64,000 nt of DNA from Vulcanococcus limneticus LL (GTDB lineage Bacteria > Bacteroidota > Bacteroidia > UKL13-3), in the NCBI GenBank assembly GCA_943361925.1, contig CALRIT020000018.1:20346-84345 (forward strand), written 5' to 3'. Numbering within the stretch: the first letter of the stretch is position 1; each line of letters begins with the position of its first letter. The position numbers and the translations under genes are program-made. The notes under the pieces are model-generated. The model worked only from the letters and a program-made list of their open reading frames with translations. It made no database searches and was not told the origin of the DNA. Shown one piece after another: positions 10,353-20,002 of the stretch.

Positions 10353-10508
10353 ATATTTATTTTTATAAATAATAGATAAAAAGATAGTTAGGTTTTTAGA
10401 TTTTGGTTTGTTTTAATTTTATTTGAATTTTCAAAAAATTACTCAAGTTTTAAATAAATGTATTTCTTGAATTCATGTATTCATAATTACCATTTATTTG
10501 CTTCTTAT

Positions 10509-11738
10509 TTAGCGTAGGTTTTTTAATTCTTGTTTCACAAATGCAGCCAGTTTTTCCTTTTTTGGTAGTTTTAATAAATAGGTAGAAACAAATAAGTTAT
10601 TGTCCATTCCAGCTGTTGCATATTCAACTAATGGTTTGTTTTTATTTGTAACTAACAAAATCCCAATTGGTGCTTTATCTCCCTTTTGTTTGATTTCCTT
10701 TTTGAAATAATTAACATAGGTATTTAATTGACCAATATGTAAAGGGGCAAATTGATCTACTTTTAACTCTACCAAAATGTGGCACTTTAATATTCTGTGA
10801 TAAAAGACCAAATCAATAAAATAATTTGTATCACCAATAAGAATTTTCTTTTGTCTTGATTCTAAGCAAAACCCATTACCCATCTCAATCATAAAGTCCT
10901 GCAGATGGTCTAATAAAGCAGATTCAAGGTCATTCTCTTCAACGGCATCTTTTTGTCCTAATCCTAAAAATTCAAATGAATAAACAGATTTTACAACTTC
11001 AGAGGAATCTAATTTATTCATATTTCTTTTATTAATAGCCTTAAGCTTTTTGGGTTTTTTACTCAAATTCGAACGTTCATAGTATAAGCTGTTAATTTGT
11101 CTTTTAAGTTCCCTAATTCCCCAAATTCCATCTAAACATTCGTTTTCATAAAAATTCCTTTTTTCTGATTCCTCAATAACAGAAAGGATTTCGAAGTGAG
11201 AATATGATAATTTTTCAAGAAGTATTTTTGTATAGTTCAGAATTTCAGCTGATTGCAATTCGGTGGACACTGTCCCCCGAATTGGGTTTAATGTTAAATC
11301 CCTCTTAAGCCCTGTTTTTACAGGTAGTTTCAGTCCTTTTGATTTTTCTTTTTTGCCATTTTTTATAAAGTTATTTTCATTTTGTTGTTCTAATAAATAA
11401 CTAACCCAATAATAAAACTGAGGATAACTTTGATAAAATTGCCTGAAATTTCTTAGTGCTCTTTCATCAATGCCTTTTATAGATTTGCACTTTTCTGCCA
11501 ATGTTGGTATTAGTCTATCACCATATTTTGCACGTGAATTTCCATTTTGTTCAAATTCTATAATATAATATCCCATTACCCAATTTCTTAGCGTAAGAGA
11601 TATATTAATAGCCTTATCAGCTTGTTTGAAAAAGTGTTGGTGTGTGCTTATTATTTGAGCTGCTAATGAATTGACAGATGTTGTTACTTTCATTTTCATT
11701 TTAATTTCAATTGAAGTTCTGTTCTTTCCTCGGATCAT
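10509..11738 (-). CDS. DUF1016/YhcG-family PD-(D/E)XK nuclease-domain protein
   Basis: C-terminal nuclease core (IDLVFYHRILKCHILVELKVDQF..HIGQLNTYVNYF) has the D...E.K PD-(D/E)XK pattern typical of YhcG. The N-terminal helical DUF1016_N-like region contains RNW..G..I.E.EQNG..RA.YG. The start could instead be Met14 at 11699. Confidence 0.8.
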   Translation of the reverse strand: MIRGKNRTSIEIKMKMKVTTSVNSLAAQIISTHQHFFKQADKAINISLTLRNWVMGYYIIEFEQNGNSRAKYGDRLIPTLAEKCKSIKGIDERALRNFRQFYQSYPQFYYWVSYLLEQQNENNFIKNGKKEKSKGLKLPVKTGLKRDLTLNPIRGTVSTELQSAEILNYTKILLEKLSYSHFEILSVIEESEKRNFYENECLDGIWGIRELKRQINSLYYERSNLSKKPKKLKAINKRNMNKLDSSEVVKSVYSFEFLGLGQKDAVEENDLESALLDHLQDFMIEMGNGFCLESRQKKILIGDTNYFIDLVFYHRILKCHILVELKVDQFAPLHIGQLNTYVNYFKKEIKQKGDKAPIGILLVTNKNKPLVEYATAGMDNNLFVSTYLLKLPKKEKLAAFVKQELKNLR

Positions 11739-12230
11739 TGAAATAGATAACTGAAAATTTTAAACTGATTTTTACATTTTCGATAAAATTGATTGAATTT
11801 CAGCTTGTTGTTGTTTTTTTAAGTATAGATGGGTTTAATCTTTTTCAAGTAAATTCCTTTTAGAATTCACAATTTTAATCCTCATTTAGGTAAACCATAA
11901 TTTTTGTTTTTTTTGTAAAACGTGTAATAATTTGATCATTAAGTTTAGGATTTTTATTCAATGTTTGATAATTGTATCCGGCAGAAATTTAAGTTCCAAT
12001 CAATTTTCGGTATGATGATTTTCCTTGGGGATTCTTGTTTTGACCTAAAAATACATGTTTAAAATTTAGTTATCAGTTATTTTATAGCTTGTAAGTTGTT
12101 GGTTATCTTGAATAAAGATTAATTGTTCGATATCTTTTATTTAATCGGTTGAATCTGTTTGCAGAAACCAAACTGATTCATGGTAAATTGAATTTTGAAA
12201 CCTATTTTCGCACCTCATTAGAAATTGACT

Positions 12231-13550
12231 ATGCAGGTATTGATTATGGCGTCCCAATTGATTTTGGGAATTTCGATTTTGGTTATTCTCCACGAGTTTG
12301 GGCATTATTTAGCTGCAAGAGCTTTTGGAATTAAAGTAGAAAAATTCTATCTATTTTTTGATGCCTGGGATTTTAAATTATTTTCATTTAAAAGGGGTGA
12401 TACTGAATGGGGAATTGGTTGGTTGCCTCTAGGTGGATATGTTAAGATTGCTGGTATGATTGATGAAAGCATGGATTCTGAGCAAATGAAACAACCAGCT
12501 CAACCATGGGAATTCAGAAGCAAACCAGCTTGGCAACGTTTAATAGTAATGGTTGGTGGTGTAGTAGTAAATATTATTACAGGCATTATCATTTTTGCTA
12601 TGCTAAGTTATACCTATGGTGAAAAGTATACTAAAAATGATTCAGTAAAAAATGGAATTGTTCCTTCTGAATTAGCAAAAGAATATGGTTTTAAAACAGG
12701 TGATAAACTATTAAAGGTTAATGGTGAAAACATTGTTCGTTTTGAAGAGGCTTTAAAAATTGAACATATCCTTGGAAACGGAGTTAACTATACAGTTTTG
12801 AGAGATGGTCAGGAAATTAATGTTTCTATTCCCTCTGATTTTATTAAAAAGTTTAGCTCAGCAAAAGCTGATTTCTTCTCACCAAGAATGCACTTTTTTG
12901 TTAATGAAATCACACCTGGATTTCCTGCTGAAAAGGCTGGTTTAATGGTAAATGATGTTATTACTAAAGTTGATACAATCTCAGTTGAATACTTTGACGA
13001 TTTTAAAACTATTGTAAACAATAGAAAAGGCTTAGCTACTAACTTCACTTTATTGAGAGGCGGACAAGAACTTGTTTTGCAAATTCAAATTGATGAAAAT
13101 GGATTGGTTGGATTTAAGCCCGATACAAAGGATTTTGAATATGAAACAGTTCAGTTTGGATTCTTTGAATCGTTTCCAGCCGGTTACAAAAAAGCTGTTG
13201 AAACTATACAAACTCAAATAATGGGTTGGCAGAAAATATTTAAAGGTGATATCGCTGTTAATAAAGCTGTACAAGGTCCTATTGGTATCGCAAAATTTTA
13301 TGGAGGCGAATGGATTTGGCAGAAATTTTGGGTATTAACTGCGCTTATTTCATTAGGATTGGCTTTCATGAATATTCTACCAATTCCTGCTTTAGATGGC
13401 GGACATGTAGTGTTTTTATTGATTGAAATAATATTAAGAAGACCATTAAGTGAAAAGTTTTTAGAAAGAGCCCAATATGTTGGAATGATTATTCTTCTCA
13501 CATTGATGGTGCTTATTTTTGGAAATGATTTGTTTGGATTATTCTTCTAA
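12231..13550 (+). CDS. rseP: RIP zinc metalloprotease RseP (site-2 protease)
   Basis: HEFGHYLAAR (HExxH) in the first TM segment, a PDZ-like middle region, and the C-terminal NILPIPALDGGH motif. The first ATG is at 12231; the track ORF begins at TTG 12225. Confidence 0.9.
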   Translation: MQVLIMASQLILGISILVILHEFGHYLAARAFGIKVEKFYLFFDAWDFKLFSFKRGDTEWGIGWLPLGGYVKIAGMIDESMDSEQMKQPAQPWEFRSKPAWQRLIVMVGGVVVNIITGIIIFAMLSYTYGEKYTKNDSVKNGIVPSELAKEYGFKTGDKLLKVNGENIVRFEEALKIEHILGNGVNYTVLRDGQEINVSIPSDFIKKFSSAKADFFSPRMHFFVNEITPGFPAEKAGLMVNDVITKVDTISVEYFDDFKTIVNNRKGLATNFTLLRGGQELVLQIQIDENGLVGFKPDTKDFEYETVQFGFFESFPAGYKKAVETIQTQIMGWQKIFKGDIAVNKAVQGPIGIAKFYGGEWIWQKFWVLTALISLGLAFMNILPIPALDGGHVVFLLIEIILRRPLSEKFLERAQYVGMIILLTLMVLIFGNDLFGLFF

Positions 13551-13554
13551 ATAA

Positions 13555-14103
13555 ATGAATTGCACCTGGCCGGGTAATGATGAATTGATGCTGGCGTATC
13601 ATCAAAATGAATGGGGTAAACCTGTTCACGATGATAAAAAACACTTTGAATTTATTGTTTTGGATAGTTTTCAAGCAGGATTAAGCTGGAAAACTATCCT
13701 TCATAGGCGACAAGGTTTCAAAAAGGCATTTGCTAATTTCGATGTGAATAAAGTTGCAAAATTTAATGAGGATGATATAGCCAGACTGCTATTGGATGAA
13801 AGTATTATCCGAAATAAATTAAAGATTTCCGGTACTGTTAAAAATGCAAAAGCCTTTATTGCCATCCAAAATGAGTTTGGTAGTTTTGATGCTTTTATCT
13901 GGCAATTCACAAGTGGTAAAACGATAGATAACCAACCCAATTCAAACACGAATATTCCTGCTACCAGTCCCGAAAGTGATGCCATGAGCAAAGCTTTAAA
14001 AAGTCGAGGATTTACTTTTGTTGGTTCAACAATATGTTATGCTTATATGCAGGCTGCAGGAATGATAAATGATCATTTAATGTCTTGTTCTTGTCGCTCA
14101 TAA
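13555..14103 (+). CDS. tag: DNA-3-methyladenine glycosylase I
   Basis: The CTWPGNDELMLAYHQNEWGKPVHDD...LDSFQAGLSWKTIL pattern and the C-terminal Cys/His zinc ligands are typical of Tag. Confidence 0.9.
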   Translation: MNCTWPGNDELMLAYHQNEWGKPVHDDKKHFEFIVLDSFQAGLSWKTILHRRQGFKKAFANFDVNKVAKFNEDDIARLLLDESIIRNKLKISGTVKNAKAFIAIQNEFGSFDAFIWQFTSGKTIDNQPNSNTNIPATSPESDAMSKALKSRGFTFVGSTICYAYMQAAGMINDHLMSCSCRS

Positions 14104-14142
14104 AAACAAAAAATCCCACTAATTAGCGGGATTTTTTGTTTT
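14104..14142. terminator. Bidirectional intrinsic terminator between convergent genes
   Basis: AAACAAAAAATCCC-actaattagc-GGGATTTTTTGTTT: a stem flanked by an A-run and a T-run, so it can work on both strands. Confidence 0.7.
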
Positions 14143-14166
14143 AAATATTTAAGATTTTAAGGGTAA

Positions 14167-16005
14167 TTATTTGTCTATTCTTAATTTTTTAGACAAACTT
14201 GTTTTGTTATTAATGAGTAAAGAGTAAAAATAAATTCCTTGAGGTAGAGATTCAATATTTACTTCACTTGTATATACACCAGGTTTTATTTGATCATGGT
14301 TTTCTGTATATACTAATTTCCCTAAACCATCATAGATATTTAACTTGATGTCTGCTTTTTCTATGATTTGAAAATTGATATTAACGAATTCTTTTGCAGG
14401 ATTAGGATAAGCCGTAAACAAATGATTGTTTCTTTGAACATAATCATCTTCAAAACCTGAAGGGATCCTTAAACGGATTTTATAATAACCACCATTTTTT
14501 GCTGTAATTGGTTTAGTTGCTGTTTTCCCATTGTTACTTTCTGCCTCTAAGTAGTATTCGATTTCATCATCACCACTTAAACCGCTATTTAAAATATCTC
14601 CAATAAAATAACCAGATGAATCTGTTAAACTAACAGTTGTCCATGTTCCTTTATTTTGCCTGTAGATACATTTTGCAGTTTTAATACCACTTGTATTACT
14701 AATTTTAGCGATGATATGATACTTATCTAAATTAGCTTGAATACCATCAACAGAAGGGTGCCAAAATCTAATTGGGTTTTCTGCCGGAATTTGCATCGTA
14801 ATACAATGGATTGCTCCTCCTAATGGAGATAAATCTCTGCTATCAATAGGTACAATATTATAACCTGGTAATGTTCTATAAAAATATGACATGATACGTT
14901 CATGTTGTTCTTTATTACCGGTTTTTCCATCATAATATGAAGGGAAAATGAAACTATTATTAACAGTTAATCCATTGATAAAATTTCTTGCATCGGCATC
15001 AATTTGTGTACATGATTTTCTGCTATGTTTCCCGGCATCATTGGTAGGATGTTCAACTCTTAAAATTCTAAACGGTCTGTTATAGGTGCTCGTCATGTTT
15101 GAAATGGCTTGAAAGTTATCCTCAATTATTTGCCTGTCTTGTGCTGTAATTTCTGAAGGATATTGTGACATGATGATGGTTTGTTCATCAATCAGTTTTA
15201 CGTATAAATCAATATGTCCAGTACCACCATCACATTCCAATGAAACCAGTTCTTTTAAATCAGGAGTTCCCAAAGTAGTTTTTAAAGTATCATAGATTGT
15301 TTGTGTTGACCATCCCAAAATATCTTGATTTTCCAAGGTTAGCCTATCACTGAAGAACATCTTACCAAATCCATCAGTCATTAAGTTTCCACCTTCTGCA
15401 TTTAAAGAAGTTACATAATTTTCTTTGCCCATAATAGTGGCTAATTGTGCAGGAAAAATATCATCATTGTCTCTACCATCGTAGTATTTCATATCAGTGA
15501 ATGAAATTGTATCCAAAGTGTTATTGTAGAAAGCCATTGGTCCATAATCACGTGTCCACCAATCATCACCTCTGGCAACCATAAATAGATAGTTGTATAA
15601 AGGTGTATTTCTATTATTCATAAAAGCTTTAACAGGAATGGTATCGATAGCTTTATCAACCCTAATAATTACTAAACATTCTTTTTGGATAGCATCTGCC
15701 AACAATGCAGAAACCACGCCATATTCACTGCTTGTATCAGCTCCAGTTACATTGCCACTGTTATTATAATCAAACGACCAAGATATGGCCACCGCTTGAG
15801 ATTCTTCAAACTCACCTGGCATCACGAAGGAAGAAGGGAATTTCTTGTTTAAACTTGATTTGAAAAGTTGAGTTCCTGCTCTTTCTTTACTTAGTTTTTT
15901 TTCAGCTTCAGTTCTTCCAACCGGTTTATGACCATTATATTTTTGTTGTGCGATTGTATTATTTGAATAAATCAATATAGCAACCAGTATGAGTAATTGT
16001 CTCAT
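14167..16005 (-). CDS. Secreted agmatine-deiminase/PAD_porph-family guanidino-modifying enzyme with a T9SS type-A CTD
   Basis: Signal peptide. The WWTRDYGPM and GGAIHCITMQ (catalytic Cys) motifs belong to the agmatine deiminase / Porphyromonas-type peptidylarginine deiminase family. An extra Ig-like domain precedes the C-terminal YPNPAKEFVNINF...GIYFYSLLINNKT sorting domain. Confidence 0.85.
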   Translation of the reverse strand: MRQLLILVAILIYSNNTIAQQKYNGHKPVGRTEAEKKLSKERAGTQLFKSSLNKKFPSSFVMPGEFEESQAVAISWSFDYNNSGNVTGADTSSEYGVVSALLADAIQKECLVIIRVDKAIDTIPVKAFMNNRNTPLYNYLFMVARGDDWWTRDYGPMAFYNNTLDTISFTDMKYYDGRDNDDIFPAQLATIMGKENYVTSLNAEGGNLMTDGFGKMFFSDRLTLENQDILGWSTQTIYDTLKTTLGTPDLKELVSLECDGGTGHIDLYVKLIDEQTIIMSQYPSEITAQDRQIIEDNFQAISNMTSTYNRPFRILRVEHPTNDAGKHSRKSCTQIDADARNFINGLTVNNSFIFPSYYDGKTGNKEQHERIMSYFYRTLPGYNIVPIDSRDLSPLGGAIHCITMQIPAENPIRFWHPSVDGIQANLDKYHIIAKISNTSGIKTAKCIYRQNKGTWTTVSLTDSSGYFIGDILNSGLSGDDEIEYYLEAESNNGKTATKPITAKNGGYYKIRLRIPSGFEDDYVQRNNHLFTAYPNPAKEFVNINFQIIEKADIKLNIYDGLGKLVYTENHDQIKPGVYTSEVNIESLPQGIYFYSLLINNKTSLSKKLRIDK

Positions 16006-16034
16006 AAAACTTATGTTTGTTTTTTTTACAAGCT

Positions 16035-16955
16035 ATGTTACACGTACAAACTTTCCAAAGACTTTCAGATATTCAAGCAGATTTTAATGTTGAATGGTTT
16101 GAAAAACGCCTTGAACCTAAAAAAGTATTGATGTGTAGTCCTGATTATTTTGACATAATAGATGTTAAAAATCCCTACATGCAGAGCCAAGCAGGAAAAT
16201 TGAACAAGACAATTGCTATTCAACAATGGGAGCAATTGAAGTCGATATATGAGGATTGGAAATCAAAAAATGTTATAGAAGATGTTGTGGTTATTCCCGG
16301 AGCTGAGGGTAGGGAAGACATGGTTTTTTGTGCCAATCAAAGTTTTCCTTTTTTGAATCTTCAAGATCAAAAATCAGTTTTCATGAGTAAAATGCGTCAT
16401 GAAAGTCGACAATTAGAAGTTCCTTTTTTTGAGGGTTTTTATAAACAGAGAGATTATCAAACCATCCATTTAAATAATACTGAACTTTTTGAAGGTATGG
16501 GTGATACAATTCCTCATCCTGGAAGAAAGTTGTTTTATGGTGGATATGGTCACCGCAGTAATGCTGATGCTTATTCGGAAATCATGGATTTGACCGGTTG
16601 TAGTATTGTTTTACTAGAACTGATAAATGAAAATTTCTATCATTTAGATACTTGTTTTGTGCCTCTTTCTGATAAAGCAGTTATGTTATGTCCGGATGCT
16701 TTTACAAAAGAAGGTTTACAAATTTTAAAGAAGTGTTTTGATGTTGTTTATGAAATTCCTGCAGAGGAAGCATTAGCTACATTTTGTTTAAATGCACATG
16801 TTTTACCTGATGCTAAATTTGCTGTGTTGCAATCTGGAAGCAAATATGCAATGGATGCTTTGCTTTCTGAATCATATGAGGTTTATGAAACAGAAACAGG
16901 TGAATTTATGAAATCGGGTGGTTCTGTTTTTTGTATGAAAATGATGATATATTAA
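16035..16955 (+). CDS. Cytoplasmic amidinotransferase/DDAH/arginine-deiminase-like (guanidino-modifying superfamily) enzyme
   Basis: DMVFCANQ, HLDTCF (catalytic His region) and C-terminal GGSVFCM (nucleophile Cys) motifs. No signal peptide. The first ATG is at 16035; the track ORF begins at TTG 16017. Confidence 0.75.
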   Translation: MLHVQTFQRLSDIQADFNVEWFEKRLEPKKVLMCSPDYFDIIDVKNPYMQSQAGKLNKTIAIQQWEQLKSIYEDWKSKNVIEDVVVIPGAEGREDMVFCANQSFPFLNLQDQKSVFMSKMRHESRQLEVPFFEGFYKQRDYQTIHLNNTELFEGMGDTIPHPGRKLFYGGYGHRSNADAYSEIMDLTGCSIVLLELINENFYHLDTCFVPLSDKAVMLCPDAFTKEGLQILKKCFDVVYEIPAEEALATFCLNAHVLPDAKFAVLQSGSKYAMDALLSESYEVYETETGEFMKSGGSVFCMKMMIY

Positions 16956-17062
16956 TTCATTTAAACTTTTTATAATTTGTCATATATCATTTAAACCTGC
17001 TGTTTAGTAAATAATATCAGGTTTATTCCTTTTTTTTGATGAAGTTAATTTTTCATTGATAC

Positions 17063-17824
17063 ATGATTAAAGAAAATAAGAGGAATATTTTATTCCTTGT
17101 TTTAGGTTCATTTTTTATTGCAAACGCAATTGTTGCCGAATTTATTGGGGTGAAGATTTTTTCTTTGGAAAACACACTTGGTTTAAGTCCTTTCCACATG
17201 AATTTTTTAGGCAATGATTTTACATTTAATATGACTGCAGGTGTATTATTATGGCCTATTGTTTTTGTGATGACAGATATAATCAATGAATATTTTGGTA
17301 GTAGTGGTGTGAAACTTTTTAGTTACATAGCTGCTGCCTTAATTTCATACTCATTTATAGTAATTTTTGGTGCGATAAAACTTACTCCTGCCGATTTTTG
17401 GTTAGTAAAAGAAACCGGTTCTGGTAACTTAAACATGCAATTAGCTTATGAGAATATTTTCGGTCAGGGATTATGGATTATTATTGGAAGTTTAGTTGCA
17501 TTTTTAGTGGGTCAAGTTATCGATGTTAGTGTTTTTCATTATGTAAAGAAGAAAACTGGTGATAAGTATTTGTGGCTAAGATCAACTGGTTCTACCTTGG
17601 TTTCTCAGTTTATTGATAGTTTTGTAGTACTGTTAATTGCCTTTTACATCGGGGCTGGATGGGATTTGAAATTGGTTTTAGGTATTGGAATTGTAAACTA
17701 TATTTATAAACTTACTGTAGCAGTTTTATTAACACCTTTATTATATGGAGTTCATGCCATTATTGATGCATATTTAGGCAAAGAACTTGCTGTTGCAATG
17801 ATGCGTGAAGCTGCAAAAGACTAG
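17063..17824 (+). CDS. yhhQ: Queuosine-precursor transporter (YhhQ/DUF165, VUT family)
   Basis: Polytopic membrane protein with WPIVFVMTDIINEYFG and STLVSQFIDSF motifs, both characteristic of YhhQ. Confidence 0.8.
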   Translation: MIKENKRNILFLVLGSFFIANAIVAEFIGVKIFSLENTLGLSPFHMNFLGNDFTFNMTAGVLLWPIVFVMTDIINEYFGSSGVKLFSYIAAALISYSFIVIFGAIKLTPADFWLVKETGSGNLNMQLAYENIFGQGLWIIIGSLVAFLVGQVIDVSVFHYVKKKTGDKYLWLRSTGSTLVSQFIDSFVVLLIAFYIGAGWDLKLVLGIGIVNYIYKLTVAVLLTPLLYGVHAIIDAYLGKELAVAMMREAAKD

Positions 17825-18261
17825 GAAGTATGGTCTAAAATAATCAACCATTTTCCATTAATCTTTTTGAACCATAGAGTGAAATAACCTGATGGATTTC
17901 CATCATTATTTAGGATAGCCCATGATCCAACAACAATCGCATTTTGTTTATCTACAAACTCAATTGATTTAATATCAAATTCGAGTTTACCCATTTTTTC
18001 TTTGTTAGAATAGGATTTTTTATAGTTATCATTAACTTTCTGCCAGCCATAACTGACTCCTTTTTTGCTAACAAATCGTAGATCAGGACTATTCCAGTAA
18101 AACAACATAAAGCTATCTATTGAGCCATTATTCCATGCACTTTGTTGTTGTGATAATACCTGTTTTATGGCTGCTTTTTCAGGATGATGATGTTTCTGAG
18201 CTTGAGTTATAGTGCCAACAAACACCATCATGGTTATTAGAATTAACTTTAGTTTTCTCAT
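17821..18261 (-). CDS. Secreted SnoaL/NTF2-like (DUF4440-type) small protein
   Basis: Signal peptide. Size and pattern (A...V...Q..AWN.G..D.F...Y......F....G...GW..V...Y) fit NTF2-like DUF4440 proteins. Confidence 0.6.
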   Translation of the reverse strand: MRKLKLILITMMVFVGTITQAQKHHHPEKAAIKQVLSQQQSAWNNGSIDSFMLFYWNSPDLRFVSKKGVSYGWQKVNDNYKKSYSNKEKMGKLEFDIKSIEFVDKQNAIVVGSWAILNNDGNPSGYFTLWFKKINGKWLIILDHTS

Positions 18262-18262
18262 C

Positions 18263-19954
18263 TTAATTTGTTTCTACAAGATAAAGATAAGAGATTGTTT
18301 TATTTCTTTTATATGGATTGATAAATTCTAAACTTAGATTGGAAACAGGGTAGTTCTTAAAACTACTTATGTCCTTTATTTTTAATTTGCTTTTTAAATC
18401 AGTAAGTCCCTCTTCATTTGTCATGATAAACAGCTTTTTTGTTTGAGAAAATTTTAACAATGAATCCAGTTGATTTTCTTTTTGGATTTTTTGTTTCAGT
18501 TTAAAATCGCAGCTATACCAATAGTCTGTTTTATAAATATGAAGTGGTGCATTATCGTGATTTTTATTCATATAATCTGCAATTTTCTCATTGGCCTGAA
18601 ACTGAAATATTGATGGATATACTTGGGTATTAAGTATGAAATTACATACTGCCATAAACAAAAAGCTACTCCAGATAATATTGGCTTTTCTGTTTTTATT
18701 AGAAAAAAAGAGTAAATCAAAATTGTAAATAAGTGCAACAACAATTATAGAATTAAATAGAAAAGGATTGTTTGGAAATGCCCATGCATTTAAATAAAAC
18801 AGAACTGCACCTAAAATAATGAAAACAATAAATTGTAGGATTGCTATTCTTCTTATTAGTAACATATCCTCTTTAAAATGATATATAAAATGAGAGAGAG
18901 TTATGGCTGCCAATGGATGAATAAAAAATGTATAATGTGGTAATTGGTATGATGATAAACTCATAATAATAAATAGAATTAGAAATCCTCCTATGCTTGA
19001 AAATTCAGGTAAATAGCTGCGTAATTCTTTTTTTATGGTTTGATTAATAATTTTTATAATAGCCAATAAATAAAGTATTGGCCAAGGCAAAAAACTCCAT
19101 AAAAAGCTATGAACCAAAAACAAAGGTTCTGGATTGTTATCCCAATTGCTTGCATGTGTAATTCTTCCGAAACTTTGAATCCAATAGTAAAATCTGATTC
19201 CTGAAGGACCTTTCAAACCATAAGCTTCTTTTTCAGGATGTAAATCAAATTGTATATATAGACCATATGACATTGGAAATAACAACAAAGCCAATAAAAT
19301 AAATGCATAAATGAGTTTTATATCCAATAAGAGTTTTAATTTTTTGGTATAAATTAGGTTTACACCGATAATGACTACAGGTGCAATCAGTCCAATTGGA
19401 CCTTTCGTCATCATTGCAAAAGCAATTCCAATTGTTCCTAGGTATAGATTTAGTGGCTTATTGAATTTAAAAAAAGAACTGAGCTGCCATAATGAAAATA
19501 ATAAAAAGCCACATAACATGGTATCAGTTCTAACATCATGGCTCATCAGAAAAAAAGCCTGACTTGATGCAAATATGAGTACTGAATAAAATGCAATTGG
19601 AGTAGGGTAGTATAATCTAGTAAATTTAAAAAGTGAGAATAAACCTAGAATTGAAATTAAAACTGAAGGCAATCGGTATGACCATTCATGTATACCAAAG
19701 ATTTTAAAAGATAATACAGATGTCCAGAATAACATTGGAGGTTTATCAAGATAATCAAGACCTCTGCAGTAAATCTCTAGATAACTTTTATTATAAAACA
19801 TCTCCTTACTTATTGCTGCATACTGGCTAGCATCAATATCCATAAGGCTTAAGTGCATTCCTGAAAGAATAGTTATAAAAAATACTAGTACAAATACATA
19901 TCTTTCATTAATTGGTTTATCCATGCCGTTAATAAAACTGTTTAACATTATCAT
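18263..19954 (-). CDS. Glycosyltransferase family 39 (ArnT/PMT-like lipid or protein glycosyltransferase)
   Basis: About 12 TM segments, with the first-loop motif YLDKPPMLFW typical of ArnT/PMT-type GT-C enzymes. Confidence 0.8.
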   Translation of the reverse strand: MIMLNSFINGMDKPINERYVFVLVFFITILSGMHLSLMDIDASQYAAISKEMFYNKSYLEIYCRGLDYLDKPPMLFWTSVLSFKIFGIHEWSYRLPSVLISILGLFSLFKFTRLYYPTPIAFYSVLIFASSQAFFLMSHDVRTDTMLCGFLLFSLWQLSSFFKFNKPLNLYLGTIGIAFAMMTKGPIGLIAPVVIIGVNLIYTKKLKLLLDIKLIYAFILLALLLFPMSYGLYIQFDLHPEKEAYGLKGPSGIRFYYWIQSFGRITHASNWDNNPEPLFLVHSFLWSFLPWPILYLLAIIKIINQTIKKELRSYLPEFSSIGGFLILFIIMSLSSYQLPHYTFFIHPLAAITLSHFIYHFKEDMLLIRRIAILQFIVFIILGAVLFYLNAWAFPNNPFLFNSIIVVALIYNFDLLFFSNKNRKANIIWSSFLFMAVCNFILNTQVYPSIFQFQANEKIADYMNKNHDNAPLHIYKTDYWYSCDFKLKQKIQKENQLDSLLKFSQTKKLFIMTNEEGLTDLKSKLKIKDISSFKNYPVSNLSLEFINPYKRNKTISYLYLVETN

Positions 19955-20002
19955 ATTTTAATTTATTCGTTAAGAAATTGATTGTTTTCTTATTTTTGCA
20001 CT

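Noticed and set aside
12149-12334. 61-aa ORF upstream of and overlapping the rseP start.
   Set aside because: It overlaps the rseP N-terminus in another frame, has no motif, and starts with a non-ATG codon. It is most likely spurious.
16956-17062. Possible preQ1 riboswitch upstream of the YhhQ-type queuosine-precursor transporter.
   Set aside because: The context is right, but I could not find the preQ1-I or preQ1-II core (short P1 hairpin followed by the conserved A-rich ACUA tail). The only structure (AAACCTG-18 nt-CAGGTTT followed by a T-run, 16993-17037) looks like the terminator of the upstream gene. A covariance-model scan would settle it.
17821-17824. Convergent yhhQ-like and DUF4440-like genes share a CTAG tetranucleotide that supplies both stop codons (4-nt overlap, no terminator between them).
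   Set aside because: It is real in the sequence, but such overlaps are common in compact genomes. I see no functional implication beyond possible transcriptional interference.
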